NCBI GenBank assembly: GCA_051942245.1
Contig: JAVECL010000180.1
Location: 1-39,121 of the forward strand
From: Trypethelium eluteriae
Taxonomy: Eukaryota
Length of the DNA stretch: 39,121 nucleotides
Reading direction: 5' to 3'
Shown here: positions 11,074-23,121 of the stretch, piece by piece
Numbering within the stretch: the first letter of the stretch is position 1
Layout of the letters: every line of letters starts with the position of its first letter
Notes under the pieces: generated by a model
The model's database searches: none
What the model was told of the DNA's origin: nothing
The model's input: the letters and a program-made list of their open reading frames with translations, nothing else
Translations under genes and position numbers: made by a program

Positions 11074-11712
11074 CTAACCTTCCTTCTTGTCACCAGTGAT
11101 GCCCACAGCATCAGTGCCTTGCTTGGTGTAGCCTTGAGCTGTGTCACCGACGTCTGCGAGGAAGATTAGCTGCATCGACACACCTTCACATCATGCTGCA
11201 CGATGGTAACTCCATTATGGTGTCCTGGATTTGGGTAGGATTTGCTGATAAGGTGGGAAACTTTTGGTAGCAAGAGAACAGAGAGGTGGTTTAATAAAAT
11301 GGAAGTCAGGGAGAATGGGGATGGGCATACTCTTAGTCGTGTCGCCAACGCCCTTTGTCACGCCGCTGAGAGTATCGCCTGCGCCTTTTCCAACGCCTGA
11401 GACGGTGTCGCCCACGGTGTTTGTCACGCCGCCGACGCCCTTACCAACGGTATCAGTGACGCCACCGAGGATACCTGAGCGATGTCATGGTTAGCCAAAA
11501 GAATAATTGGGAATCTCCCCAGTATGCTGGCGGTTCTTTATAGCCAAAAAAGGCTCGCTTGAGCGAACTGGTAAGGTGCACAGTACAGCGATCGCTGAGA
11601 GGAAAGAAATAATAGATTTTGGCTATTATATCCGAACATAAGAAATAAGAGAATTGAGGGAAGAAGTCATACCGCCAATGCCCTGTTTCTGCTTGTTTTC
11701 CTCACTGGACAT
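11074..11712 (-). CDS. Small Gly/Thr/Val-repeat hydrophilin/LEA-like protein; exons 11712-11673, 11474-11331, 11153-11074 (an optional extra intron would move the end to 11004)
   Basis: Spliced product MSSEENKQKQGIG|GILGGVTDTVGKGVGGVTNTVGDTVSGVGKGAGDTLSGVTKGVGDTTK|NVGDTAQGYTKQGTDAVGITGDKKEG* has 11-mer GDTxxGVxKGx repeats. Both introns have GTATG donors, GCTAAY branch points and CAG acceptors. Confidence 0.78.
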
Positions 11713-13561
11713 GTCTAGATATGCTTTGATATTTGTCTAAGCTTAGAAGATAAATGTAGTAGTCGGGGTTGTTGTGTCTGGAACTGAAAAGATAATTGAA
11801 GTGGAAGACGGATTCAAATGCCTGAAAAAAAACAATCCAGCCGAGGAAACTGCAGTCCCTTCTTATGCACCTAGTAACTTGCTTCCTGCAGCCTACGTCT
11901 CTCTGAGCTAAACCATCCTTGCATACGAAGAAGATGTACAGGCGCCAATCCCAACGTCCAACTGGCATCAAGCCACCTTGCACCAGTCCGCACACTTAAT
12001 GCATCCCTGTCTGATGTCGAGCAAGCGAGCAAAACAGCCAAGATCCGCCTCAAAACGGTGAAATCTATGGTGGTCTAGACGATCATCTGCCCTGTGCGTG
12101 GCACCAGATCTCAGATGTGTGGCGCGGGGAGATTGATGTCATCCCTACGAACTGGACGAGCCATTCCCTACTCGGATGTAGGAGGATGCCTGCGATCGAG
12201 ATGAAAGTCGCGCTTGGGGCTTCTGGACTTTAATCAAGCTGGGAAGCCCTTGAACTTAATCTTAATTACCGTCTACTGGATAGTTGTTCTGCGATCAGTC
12301 TTGTTTGTTTACTTTCAAGGTTGGCGGTCTACTGTTTTGTAACAGTGACAACGCACATTGCTGAGCTGGCCGACCTTGCCTAGAGCTCTGAGGAACAGCG
12401 GTGCACACTTTTGAAGCATCACTTTTGAAGCCTGAATCTCGGATTACAAACGTGACTTGATGGGTCGAAGTCGGAATGTGGAAATGCTCGATGTTGGCTG
12501 ATAACCTTAGTCTTCGTCAACTCTAGTCCGTGGATGGATGTCACAAAAATCTACAGTCATGGCAACAACTTCAGTGAACTTGAGATCTGAATTAAAAGTT
12601 TTGTACAAAGCCCGGCTATCCATCCTTCTAACCGGTTCATGCATCCCTCTTCGTCCTTCCCCACATGGACCTCTTTCCCTCCAGCCAAGCACGCAGTAAT
12701 AGTAGTAGTAGTAAAGGTAGTGAACCAAGGACCAAGGGAAAAAGAAACGTCTCCACCCTTCAGATTCTCCGCCATGCTCTTCCCCACAAGCCCGTGCTCT
12801 CCCGCCCTTCGCGATAGGAGATACGAGGGATGACAGGATTATGATGGAACAAACCCGAATGCTGCCAGACAAACAGATCAGACCACCTGGAACCTATCAC
12901 CCTCACGATCAAGCAGGTAAGGGTGTACAGAGAGAAGGCGGAATCTTGTGCAGACAAGACGATCCCGAAGGATGGAGTATGTGTTTATGAGGTCTAGGGT
13001 AAACAAGAAGGTACTCAAGTCCCCCATATACCTCCACCGCGGAAACAGAGTCGCAAAGGGAAAGGAATTCGGGAGGGAAAAAAAAAAGTATAAAAGTCAA
13101 GGTGCAAGCCCCGCATTGTCCCAGCGCCGGTCCAGTCTTTAAGGAGCAAACTCAGCGAATCAGTACAAAGCAGTCGAAGGAAAGGGAAAAAGAATGAGAA
13201 AAGCCGAAAAGTCTGATGAGGGCAACAAACTTTTGTAACACAATGCAGCTGAGGAGTGTATGTATTGTTCACCCCCAATCCCTTGGTGTAAATGCAGTAC
13301 AGGTCGAAGCGATCGAGGAAGGGAAAAAAAGTCTATTTGGGCGGTGTTGTCGAGAGATCACCGAAGATGCAAGGATCCGAAGAAGGTCGACGCAAGTGGT
13401 CGAAGAAAAAGACGCTACCCAAGCGTCAATGAAGGTGGGTATATGACGCGAAACCTCCCCCAAGCCGTTTCCCCCAATGAAGTATTATTAAATCGAATCG
13501 AAGTAATTGTAGTGTACTGAAGGAGCGGGAAGCCAAGCAAGCGCGGAAGAAGAGTTACTCT

Positions 13562-16500
13562 TCATGAATCTGCTGGCTTCTCGTCTTTCTTATCTTCAGA
13601 GGCGGGTGGCTTTGACTTAGCAGTGGGGGGAGAGTTGGCTGCTGAAGGAGCATCTTTATCTTCGGTACCTTCGTTTGGATCCATGTCCGCGAGCGCACTG
13701 CGGTTGAAGTTAACAACGTTTATTACTGTCATCAGCCAGGAGAATTGCTTACCTGAATGCATTTACACTCTCTTGCCTGTCCTCCTTCTTGTCCTTTTGC
13801 GTCGGCGGTGTCGCAGTCCGGCTCGTGTTACCACTGCCATCTCCGCCGCCGATCTGCGGGCCTAACCCTTTCCTGCCGCTATTGCTCCGGCTGGCGAACA
13901 TGGTGCTAGGGCCGAATGTGGCCGGACCGGCCTGAGAGGCATTCCTAGAAGACCCGCCACGATTGTTGAGTTTTCGAAGCTCGTCCATTCCTAGCGTGTT
14001 CTTGCGATAATCCTCTGGTGGCTGCATCGCACCAGAAGCTGAGCGAGCGTCGCCGCGACCGAAGGCTGGACGGCCTCCTCCACCGCCGCCGCCGCCGCCA
14101 CCTCGCGCGCCCTGTCGAGCCCTCTCTAGCTCCGCCTGCTGTGCCGCAACTTGAGCCTCCTCGCGGATTTCTTGAATGGTCTTTGGCCCTTTGGAATCGT
14201 CCTTGGATTTCCACCCCTTTCTCCTGAGATCGACAGTGTCCTAAAATACTTATTAGCTTCGAGTTCAAGCGAACAGGTAGACAAGAATGCTTGTAACGTA
14301 CCAGTAGCATGAAATGCATACGACTTGGTAAGTTTTCCATCTTCATCACGGTCTCAATTCTCTCGAAATAGGTGCCCACCAGCGGCCGCGTCTGGTCGTG
14401 CTCCTCCATCGCTGCACCCACAGTCCGTAGCAACTTGACCAAACTCTCAATCGCGCTCTCATCAGGCATGCCCTGGAAGTTGAGTAGCCTCATCACACAC
14501 TCGTGCATGATTCTGCCCGTCAACATCTGAAGTTTGTACAGCTCACCGATGAACTGGATCAAACCAAGACCCTTCCGCTTGGCCGCAGCTGCGATGTAGT
14601 ATTCGTCAGACAACATTGCAGCTTCTTCGCTCTCGCCCTCAGGCTTGTCAGGTAGATTGACCTCCCAGCCACGTTCAAATTCTTCTTGACAACGATTGAG
14701 GAGATACTTGCGGAAAAGAGCGCCACCAGTGACAGGGCTGCCATGCTTGTCCTTGACAGTATCATCCTTAATATCCGTCGACATCGTCGTAAGCATGCGG
14801 TGGCAGAATCTAGCATACATGGAAGCCCAGTGAGCCTCGTCGCAAGCCTTTTCGAAGGTGAGAGCAATGACTTGACGGAGAGTGCGACCATCGTTCTCGT
14901 CTTTGGATTGAGCAGAGATCTCGAGGATTTGGTCGGAAATTTTATCGAACTTTTCTGGCGTCATCTTGTTGAGAGCAGCCTTGACCTTTCTCTGCACAAC
15001 ATCAGGTGGCAAGTGCCCAGAAGGATCTGTCTGGGAAGCACCGCCTCTGCCAAGGCTAGTTGGTTTCCAGCCCCCTCCAGAGGCCTCAAGAGGTTTGAGA
15101 TCTTGGCCAGCAGTGAGAGGCATGGTCCTCGACATCTGCTCTTCTTCGCGTTTACTTGGCGCTTTGCCAATGCCGTCTCTCCTGCTACCACCTCTGCCAC
15201 GAGAGCTGCGGTCATTAGGACGAGGAGAACCGGGTCCAGACCCCTGAGCCATAGCCTGAACGGAGTTCTGACGCACCATTCCCTGAGGTCCACCACCCAT
15301 GGGGAAAACTCCCGATCCGGGCCGCTGAAATTGGCCAAGATTGCTCATTGGCGCCATAGGCTGGGATGCAAGGAAACGTTGCTCTGAAGTTGTGCCTCGA
15401 GGAAGAGTACGGCCGCCGGGTGGTGGAGCGAAAGAGCCCATAGGACCGGGGAACCCTCCAACGCCGCCAAGGTTTGATCGGCCAGAAGGCTGCCTGCTCA
15501 TGCCTATAGATGGCGTACGTGCTGATTGAGGTCGAGCAGAATCCGCACTATCACTGCCGATTGTCTCCTTGACCCTCGTCTCCCAGTCCACTGAAGGCTT
15601 CTCCTTGAAGACTTCCTGGAATTGCATTAAGAATTCCTTGTCATAGTTCCTCCCTTGACGCTTGCCACCTTGATTAAGCGCAGGATTGGGCGACTTATAG
15701 CCTTCCGGATAGGTAACACTTTCGCTTTGCAATTGTAAGAAACGTGCAGACTTAAGCGACTGCATACCCGCAGTGGGCTGAGCGGGCTCCACAGGCTTGG
15801 CCGTTTCGAGTTTGAGGTTGGCGGGTCGAGGTTTGCCAACATTTTGGATCTTCGACGAAGTCGGTTGTTGAGGTGGCGGCATAGCGACAGCATCATCCTT
15901 CTCGGAAGCAGGCGTTACAGTACCACTTTCTGGTGCAGCACTGGCGTTAGCGCCAGGACCAAAAGTAGGCTTCTTGAGAGAGGCAAAAAGCTTGGCAGCT
16001 TCCTCCTTCTGTTCGTCTGTCTCCTCTGTAGGCTTCTGCTTTTGACGCTTCTCCTCGGCTTCCTCAGCTTCACGCTCAGCACGCTTCAAGTCCTCCTCTG
16101 CCTGCTCGGCCTCCCGCTTCTTCTTCTCCGCAGCTTCCTGGGCTTTCTTTTCATTGAACTGCCTCTCTCGCTCCTCCTCTTCTCTCTCCTTGGCTTCCAT
16201 CTCAGCAATCATCCTCTCCATCTCATTATCCTCGTTGAGCTTCGCGGCTGACGCCTTAGCCTTTTCGGCTTCGGCTTCAGCTTCGGCTTTAGCTTCAGCT
16301 TCAGCTTTGGCTGCCCGCTCTGCTTCCTCCCTCTCCTTCTTAGCCAGAGCTTCTGCTTCTTCCTTCTCCTTGGCTTTGGCCTCAGCTTCTGCCTTCTCTT
16401 TGGCCTCCTGCTCCTGCCTCGCTTTGGCTTCGGCTTCCTCTTTCTCCTTTGCAGCGGCTTCTTCTTTTTCCTTGGCAGCCCGTTCTTCGTCTTCTTTCTT

Positions 16501-18576
16501 CTTCGCTTCTGCCTCCTTCTCGGCTGCAAGCCTCTGCTTGACTAGTTCTTGAAACGCCGTCTTAGTATCCGCGTCATTCTTCACCACCTTGCTCTCAGAT
16601 CTCGCATGTTGCGTATCAGAAGAGCTTGCAGATCTTGGGGGAGGCGGCGGAGTAGGCGTCGAAGAAACGACTGGTGCAGGAGAGGGCGCCTTTGCGTCTT
16701 TTTGATCTTTTTGGTCTTTTTGATCCTTGAAGTCAACCACTTCACCATTCGGATTCTTGATGACGATCCCTTTACTCTTTGCCCGGGTAAAGTTAGAGGA
16801 CTGCTGTGGAGAAGCGATGCTCGGCGCCGGGGTGTGGCTTGAAGACGGTTGGCTCGCAGGCGTCATTGCAGGTGTCTGAGGCGGACCACCGACAGATGCA
16901 GGGCGTTCAGATACCTGTGAGTTAGAACGAGACATACCATTACTTGGAAATTGCCCAGGCTGCATGTAGGTTTGTGATGGGTTGTGCGGGGGGGTGTAAT
17001 TCGGGCGAGGGGAGGGCGGAGCACCTGGGAACGGCATTCCCGGATGCATGTAAGGCTGGTACATGCCCCCATAGTTAGGGTCAAACTGAGGAGGCATGCC
17101 ATAGTAACCCTGGGATTTCAAGTATGTCAGATATTGGTTGTAAGAAGCATCACCTGGCGAGAAGTCTGGCGAAGGAAAGGCGACAGAATGAGAAAGATGG
17201 CGTGAATGTTGAAATTGTTGAGGGGGTTGTCGATCCTTCGACTTTGAAGCTGAAGTTGCTGCATTTGCCGAAGGAGTAGAACTGTGTTGGGAATCTTGCT
17301 TGTCGGGCTGAGAAGGGAAACCATTCTGTTGGTTGCTGTCGCTATGGCGGTTGGGATGCTGATCAGATGGCAAAGGAAAGGGCGGGTTTACTTGTTGCTG
17401 AGGGGTCAAATGCTGGTATGGACCATAAGGTCCAGGCGGCATATGAGGGCTATTTGACATGGGACCTCGCGCCATGTGCGGTTGTGCAGACATTGGCGCT
17501 GGGCTGCCTTGTCTAGCATATGATTGAGCGTTGGAAAATTGGTTCATAGGCATCCCCTGTCCGGGATATTGGGGTGGCATGCTCGGCGGTCGTTGTCCGG
17601 ACATCGACCGGTAGGGTTGTGCGGGAGAGTGTGCCATGTTGGGCGGATAACCTTGGTTGTATTGGCCACGACCACGACCTCCTGGGAAGCCTCGGTTGCT
17701 CATGTCACTGTGCGCAGACTGTGATGACTCGCGACGAAGATGAGCTGCTGTCGCACTGGGCGTATGAGGGCCTTGGCTGGCGATTGACGCTGATCGATTC
17801 TGCCGAGAATGTTAGCAGTTCTGGTCGAGAATGAGATAGAAGGCTAAGCCATCAGCAGTACTTACGTTGGCGTCGGGTGGTTCATGGAACGAACCGAAAT
17901 TCAGAGTATTCCCTTGTCCCTGGAGCCCAGAAGGAGGTCGCCCACCGCTGGCAGGCGGTTGGGGAATGGGCGAGGGTGAGTGAGCAGGTGACTGGATTCG
18001 AGGATTTGGTGGCAAAGGAGTACTGAGGTTGGAATTTTGATGGTGGAATGGCTGGGTGTGCGCCAAAGCTGGAGAACTTTGCGCAGGCAATCCACCGAAA
18101 TTGAGATTATTGATATTAGAGCGGGTGGCTGGACCGACGGGGCCTCCATTTGATAACTGCCCACTTGTTCCAGAGGCACTGATGGTGACTGAGGTTTTTC
18201 TGCTGTGGTCTCCGCCTTGGCTGTTGGGGGCTCCATTTACGATGCTGCTGCTGGCGATAGCAGGTGGCGGCCCGACTGCTGGCACAGCGGGTTCAATGGA
18301 GTTTCGCCCGTTCACAGGCGAGATGGAGTTTGATTTGCCATGCTGGGCAGGCCCGGTACCACCCACTGCCACGGGAGGATTGGGTGTGCTCGATGCGATC
18401 AAGGGCGGCGAAGGGTTCTTCTTGGTCGCGTTTGCATAGGAGCGGGCAGTGGAGGCTTGGGCTGGCCCGTCGACCAGCGGCGATGCGGTCCCACCAGCGG
18501 ACGAGGAACCGGCGCTGGCTGCTGTTGCGGCTTGGTTGATGGGGTTTTGTGTGGCGGGTGAGACGGTGCTTGTCAT
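13562..18576 (-). CDS. TIF4631: Translation initiation factor eIF4G; exons 18576-17866, 17799-14302 (with optional internal intron 17391-17110), 14240-13753, 13697-13562
   Basis: eIF4E-binding motif YDKEFLMQF, MIF4G domain (VQRKVKAALNKMTPEKFDKI...GLIQFIGELYKL...DTVDLRRKGW) and a long E/K/A coiled coil. Canonical introns restore the frame. Confidence 0.95.
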
Positions 18577-20923
18577 TAGAAAAGCTGCTGGGTTGATGTA
18601 GGATGTAGGATGTAGATTCGAGGGCGGTGGTTTGAATGAGATTGTGCGCGTAAAGGGGTGTAGACTCGACGAATTTCAAAATCCGAGGAGCTGGTCGGGT
18701 ATCACGAAAAGGCCTGGTCGAGAAGTGGAGAGTCTCGATGAGGTCAAAGAGCAAAGGTGCTGGATGGAAATGAAGCAAGGGCGAGGGTGGAATAAATTGT
18801 CGAAGCAACGTTCGGAGGCTGACACGGCGCACTACTCACAGCGAAGGAGTGGAGGCGCGCAGCGGTCACTCAACAGTCGGTGTGTCGCTGGACGATGCGA
18901 GCCCAGGTAAGAGTCTCCCGATGAAAATGGAAGACTGTCAGAGGGAGATGCGGTGATGGCTCCCTTGATGTGATTAGGGATTTGGGTGTTGGTGTGGGAG
19001 AGAGAGGTTGAGGTCAGGGCCTTCACTACGGCAAAATAAAATCGGGTCCTGGCCGGCTCCCTTTCACGACCACGACCAAGTCCCAAGTCCACCCAGTCCC
19101 TCAAACGGCCGCCCTCATCCCTGCCTCACCACCCAAAACCCCCAGATTACACAAGTATTGGCTATCTGGCGTACCCGCTATCTAATCATTCTGGCCCATG
19201 AAGCCTGTTCTTTGAAGAGGCTGTTCAGCTGCGGTGTTGGACGACTGCTCTTCATCCACCATTGCCGGTCGCATCAAGTACCTTCTTGGCTCAGCGACAC
19301 TCACCTTGGTCGCAAAGCCTCCCATGCGCCTCGACCTATTTCTGTATCTAACCAAAGCCCGGCGGAGATATGCGCATAAGAGTGCTCTAAACTCCAGTGC
19401 GCGGTGGAGAGATTTTTTTTTGTTTAGCGGACAATATTACGCACAGCAATCTGCATGATGATGACGCCGGCCTCAGAAAGGCCGGGAGCTGTTGCCTGCC
19501 TTCCGCTCTCCCGCCAGCGATGCTAGATTGGACCGTCCTTTTCTACGCTAAGACAACGTGCCAAACCATGCTGCACCACTGAGGAATCTGATGAAGAATG
19601 AGGCGACTTCAGGGGAAGCATGTAGGATCATAAGCCGATTTTCATAGCAAGAAAAAACCTTCAGCAGTCCCAATCGCGAGCCACGACGGTTGGTTCATGC
19701 ATGCAGACACGGGTCTGCGCCTCACTTCCTCGCTCCCACAAACACCGTCAGAAGCGACGGGTGACTGCAGAGCACGCGACGCCATTGGCCATCCCCAGGA
19801 CCTTCGTAGAACAAGAGGCGGTTCACCTCGGCCGAAGAGACGAATGTTTGTGTGATATTTAATCGTACATCTGTAGGATTACTCGTAACATCTTGTTATC
19901 TTATCCATGCTTGCTTTTCCTCACCGACCAGAGAGCGAGTAGAGGACTTCCATACTCCATAAGCTGAATAGACTGCACCCACGTGAAGCAGTTGTCCACC
20001 GTTTGATGTTTCAGCGTGGGCGAATGATGAATACATGCGGCGTGAAGGCATTGGTTGTTGGTTTCACGTTGCCCGTGCTGAGAAAAGGTTATTCGCACCC
20101 CTGTGTGCACCAGCCTCCCACGCCTCTTTAGCCCGACAGCGGCTCCCCTTCTCCGGGTCTTCGAGAAACCTTCGACGCAGGTCGGTGGCGCCCGAATTCC
20201 GCTGGGCTCAAGCCACATCTCATCTCTTCACCCCTTGATCTGCTCTTTTTATTAGCCCGACTGAGAATACGAGGTGTTGGTATCTCTGGGAGAACCGTGA
20301 GCATAGGAACATCTCGTGCGACCTCGTGGCGTGGATGCAGGGACGCTGGTCAATCTATGTTCCGCCCAACAGTAGCAGTCTCACCTTTCCAAATGTTAAG
20401 TTACGAATTGGCTCAATCATAAGGCTTCTGGCGTACCAGAACTACTCCATGTCAACTGCGAATTTGATGTCAAGAACTGCGTTGCATATGCTACTAGCCT
20501 AAGCTACATAAAAGTGCTTGACAACAAAAAGGGTATCAGTGCCTGCCTCCCAGAAATCGTCAAATGCTTGCAGAGCCGAACCGCCTAGCAGTGATCGGAA
20601 AAGGATTGAAAGTAGTGGAGAGGTATGGCCTGCATTCCAAAAACCAGGCCCCCCCGACAAAATCGGAAATGGAATTTAACTAGAGACAAGAAAGAAACGG
20701 ATAAAAATACAATCAATACTTTATTCAACCCAGTCCCAACTGACCCCATTTTTCCATCCAGTGAGGTGCTGTCTTTCTATAGACCGCATTCATGTCATCG
20801 TCGCAAAAGAAAGATAAAACGAAGTTTTTAAAAATGGCATTCTTTTGAAGTTCCGATCCAAGAATTTGATAGATGAATAACCTGTTTCCTTCTAAAAGGA
20901 ATGTGCCTCCAGTATTACAAATA

Positions 20924-22976
20924 CTAGAAGTGTTGAGCATTTCCAAGTCCTGCTCCACCGTGCTCATGCTGAGCAGTAATGCCCCTGTAGCTCTGCTCGG
21001 CGAAACTGGTGTGAACAGGCGAATAGTGCTGCTGTTGAGACTCGTCTTGCCGGAGATATGAATTCGGGAATTGTGTAATATTGTACGGTGCACTCATGTT
21101 GGCTGCCTGCGAGTGAGCCGGTGGTGTGGCCAGTGGTTGACTTTGATAGCTCGGGAATGTCGCCGTTTGTGGAGTTGAGTTGACACGCTGAAGTGATGGT
21201 CTGTACAATGAGGACGGTGGGAGCTCAATGCGTCTCGGCGCCCCACTGGAGAACGAGCGGTTGCGCGAGGATGCCGCTGCTTGGAAACCTGGAATTTGTC
21301 CATCTGACGAAGTAAATCATTAGCATCAATATCTTTGCTGAGCTAACTTGAGACCCTGAAACTTACAGGAATACCCGATACCATATGGCGTGGAGGAGTT
21401 ATTCTGACCAAGAGTTCGGGGGCCGTCCTCATTGAAGGGGCCGCCAGCTTCTGTTCTTGGATTGGAGTACTCAGCCGTGGAATGCTGGTTCGTATTGTTG
21501 CCCATGTTACTGTACGATATACTGGTTCGCAGAGGGGACTGCAGAGACTCTGCACGGGACCTGCCCATTGGTCCCATACGATCATAAATGTTTAGTCGAG
21601 GAATCTTATGTTGTGCCGGACCTGCGGGATAGTTTGGGTTCGCGCCGTAAGGCCCAGCAAAAGGATTGGGTCTTTTCGGGCTTCCCCCAAAGGAGCTCGG
21701 AGGGGTGTGGGCATAAGCAAAAGGGGAGGACGATGCATCGGCCACTGAAGTCGACACAGGAGACATTGTGTCCGTAGCCGACTGTGGTGGCGTGAATGCA
21801 AAGGCGCTTAGGGCGGGACTGATACCGGTTGGCGACATGTGACTGTTGTCAGGCCCTCGTCGAAATCCAGTATCGAGTGTTAGCGGACGGCTTACACCGC
21901 CGTTTGGAAGCTGGCCTGGGAACTGGCCAGGATAATTTGCACCAAAGGCGGCAGGAGAAGCTAAAGGCGTTCCAACATTCGGGTTTGCTGGGTTGACTGC
22001 TCCAAATGGGGAGTGTAGGGCCTGCGTCATGTCGAAATTCTCTGGAAGCGCCCGGGAGCTCATCATCCGTTCACGATCATCGCTGTTAAGTCTTTTAAGT
22101 TTTGCCCTCCTAGTGCGGCAGAGTTAGTGTGACCATCTCGTTTGCGTCGAGGTTTGCTATTAGTGACTAATACTGACCGATTCTGAAACCAAACCTGAAC
22201 CTGACGCGGACTCAGCCCCGGGATTTCTCTTGACAGCCGTTCGCGATGTGCCGCGTCTGGATGAGCTTGCCGAGCAAATTCGCTCATCAGAAAACGCGTC
22301 TGATTATGTGTGAGCCTTAGCGGACGTCAGTATATCAGATATTCTTGCAATGAAAATCAAAAATCCAAGGCATAGCTCATGTTGCCTACCTGAATCGCTT
22401 CATTTTCCGCTTCTGCGCACGGATCTCTGCCGCCGTCATCGAGGATTTGATACCAGACTGCTCTGGATCATCATCGTCGTCCAAGTCGAAGTCAAGATCT
22501 TGGAATTCATTGCTCGGGTCTTCGTCGTTCTCGGCCTTTGGCGGAGTGTGTGAGCGACCTGAAATGGGGCTTGCAGGCGCAGAAGAAACGGCTTTTCCAT
22601 CTGTAACTTTAGTTTGATCACGGTTGGCAATGCCGTCAACGGCTTCCTGATTAGAATTATTCGTGCTACTCCCGCCAGACTGATCTATCTGATCGTTAGA
22701 ATGGCTCGTAGCTTGAGCCACTGAATCGAAAAGAAATGGTGCACTCCTATAAGAACGAAGTAAGGACGGTGCCTGGAGGCCAGCATGATGAGTTGCGTTG
22801 GATGATTCGATGCTGGAAGTCGGAATGGTCTCATCGCCGGGAGTAAAGCTGATGTGACTTGACTTGAGTCGTTGAGATTGCCATCCAGCATCGGACTGAT
22901 CCGTAGAAAATCCAGACATCCGAGGAGAGGTCGGGGGCGACGGCAAATTTATGTTGCCGCTGTAAAGTGCTTGCAT
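20924..22976 (-). CDS. Homeodomain transcription factor; exons 22976-22390, 22315-22178, 22109-21367, 21303-20924
   Basis: The spliced homeodomain KRKMKRFR|LTHNQTRFLMSEFARQAHPDAAHRERLSREIPGLSPRQVQVWFQNR|RAKLKR contains the helix-3 WFQNRR motif. Three introns keep the frame. The exact start codon is uncertain. Confidence 0.92.
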
Positions 22977-23039
22977 TGGAACTTTGGGTTTGGGTGAAAT
23001 TGGTCGAGCCTTTAGTAGCTTTTTAGATAGTAATTGACC

Positions 23040-23121
23040 CTACATAATTCAGTGAACTGTCCAAAATGTCAAGACGTAAAAACTCCAGTGATTATGATTC
23101 TTCACTGGATCGAGACCATAC
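23040..23121 (-). other. 5'-leader intron of the homeodomain gene
   Basis: AG|GTATGG donor at 23121, candidate branch points TTGAC/ACTGAA, and a TAG acceptor at 23040, 63 nt upstream of ATG 22976. Confidence 0.6.

Noticed and set aside
11475..11672. Possible TPP riboswitch or H/ACA snoRNA in the structured intron (hairpin followed by AAAGAA)
   Set aside because: There is no TPP aptamer consensus on the transcript strand, and no convincing second hairpin with an ACA box upstream of the branch point.
11720..13560. Many 60-120 aa ORFs and A/T or (TAG)n runs downstream of eIF4G
   Set aside because: Consistent with a long eIF4G 3' UTR plus the promoter of the small repeat gene. No coding signal or RNA-gene motif was found.
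14686..16552. Long antisense ORFs over eIF4G (and similar ones over SKI2 and the nucleotidase)
   Set aside because: These are shadow ORFs produced by the codon bias and low-complexity sequence of the real gene on the opposite strand.
18600..20900. 2.3-kb region searched for tRNA, 5S rRNA, snRNA, transposon ends or a hidden spliced gene; possible eIF4G 5' UTR donor at 18839
   Set aside because: No cloverleaf, Pol III boxes, terminal repeats or assemblable exons were seen, and the UTR intron lacks a clear branch point.
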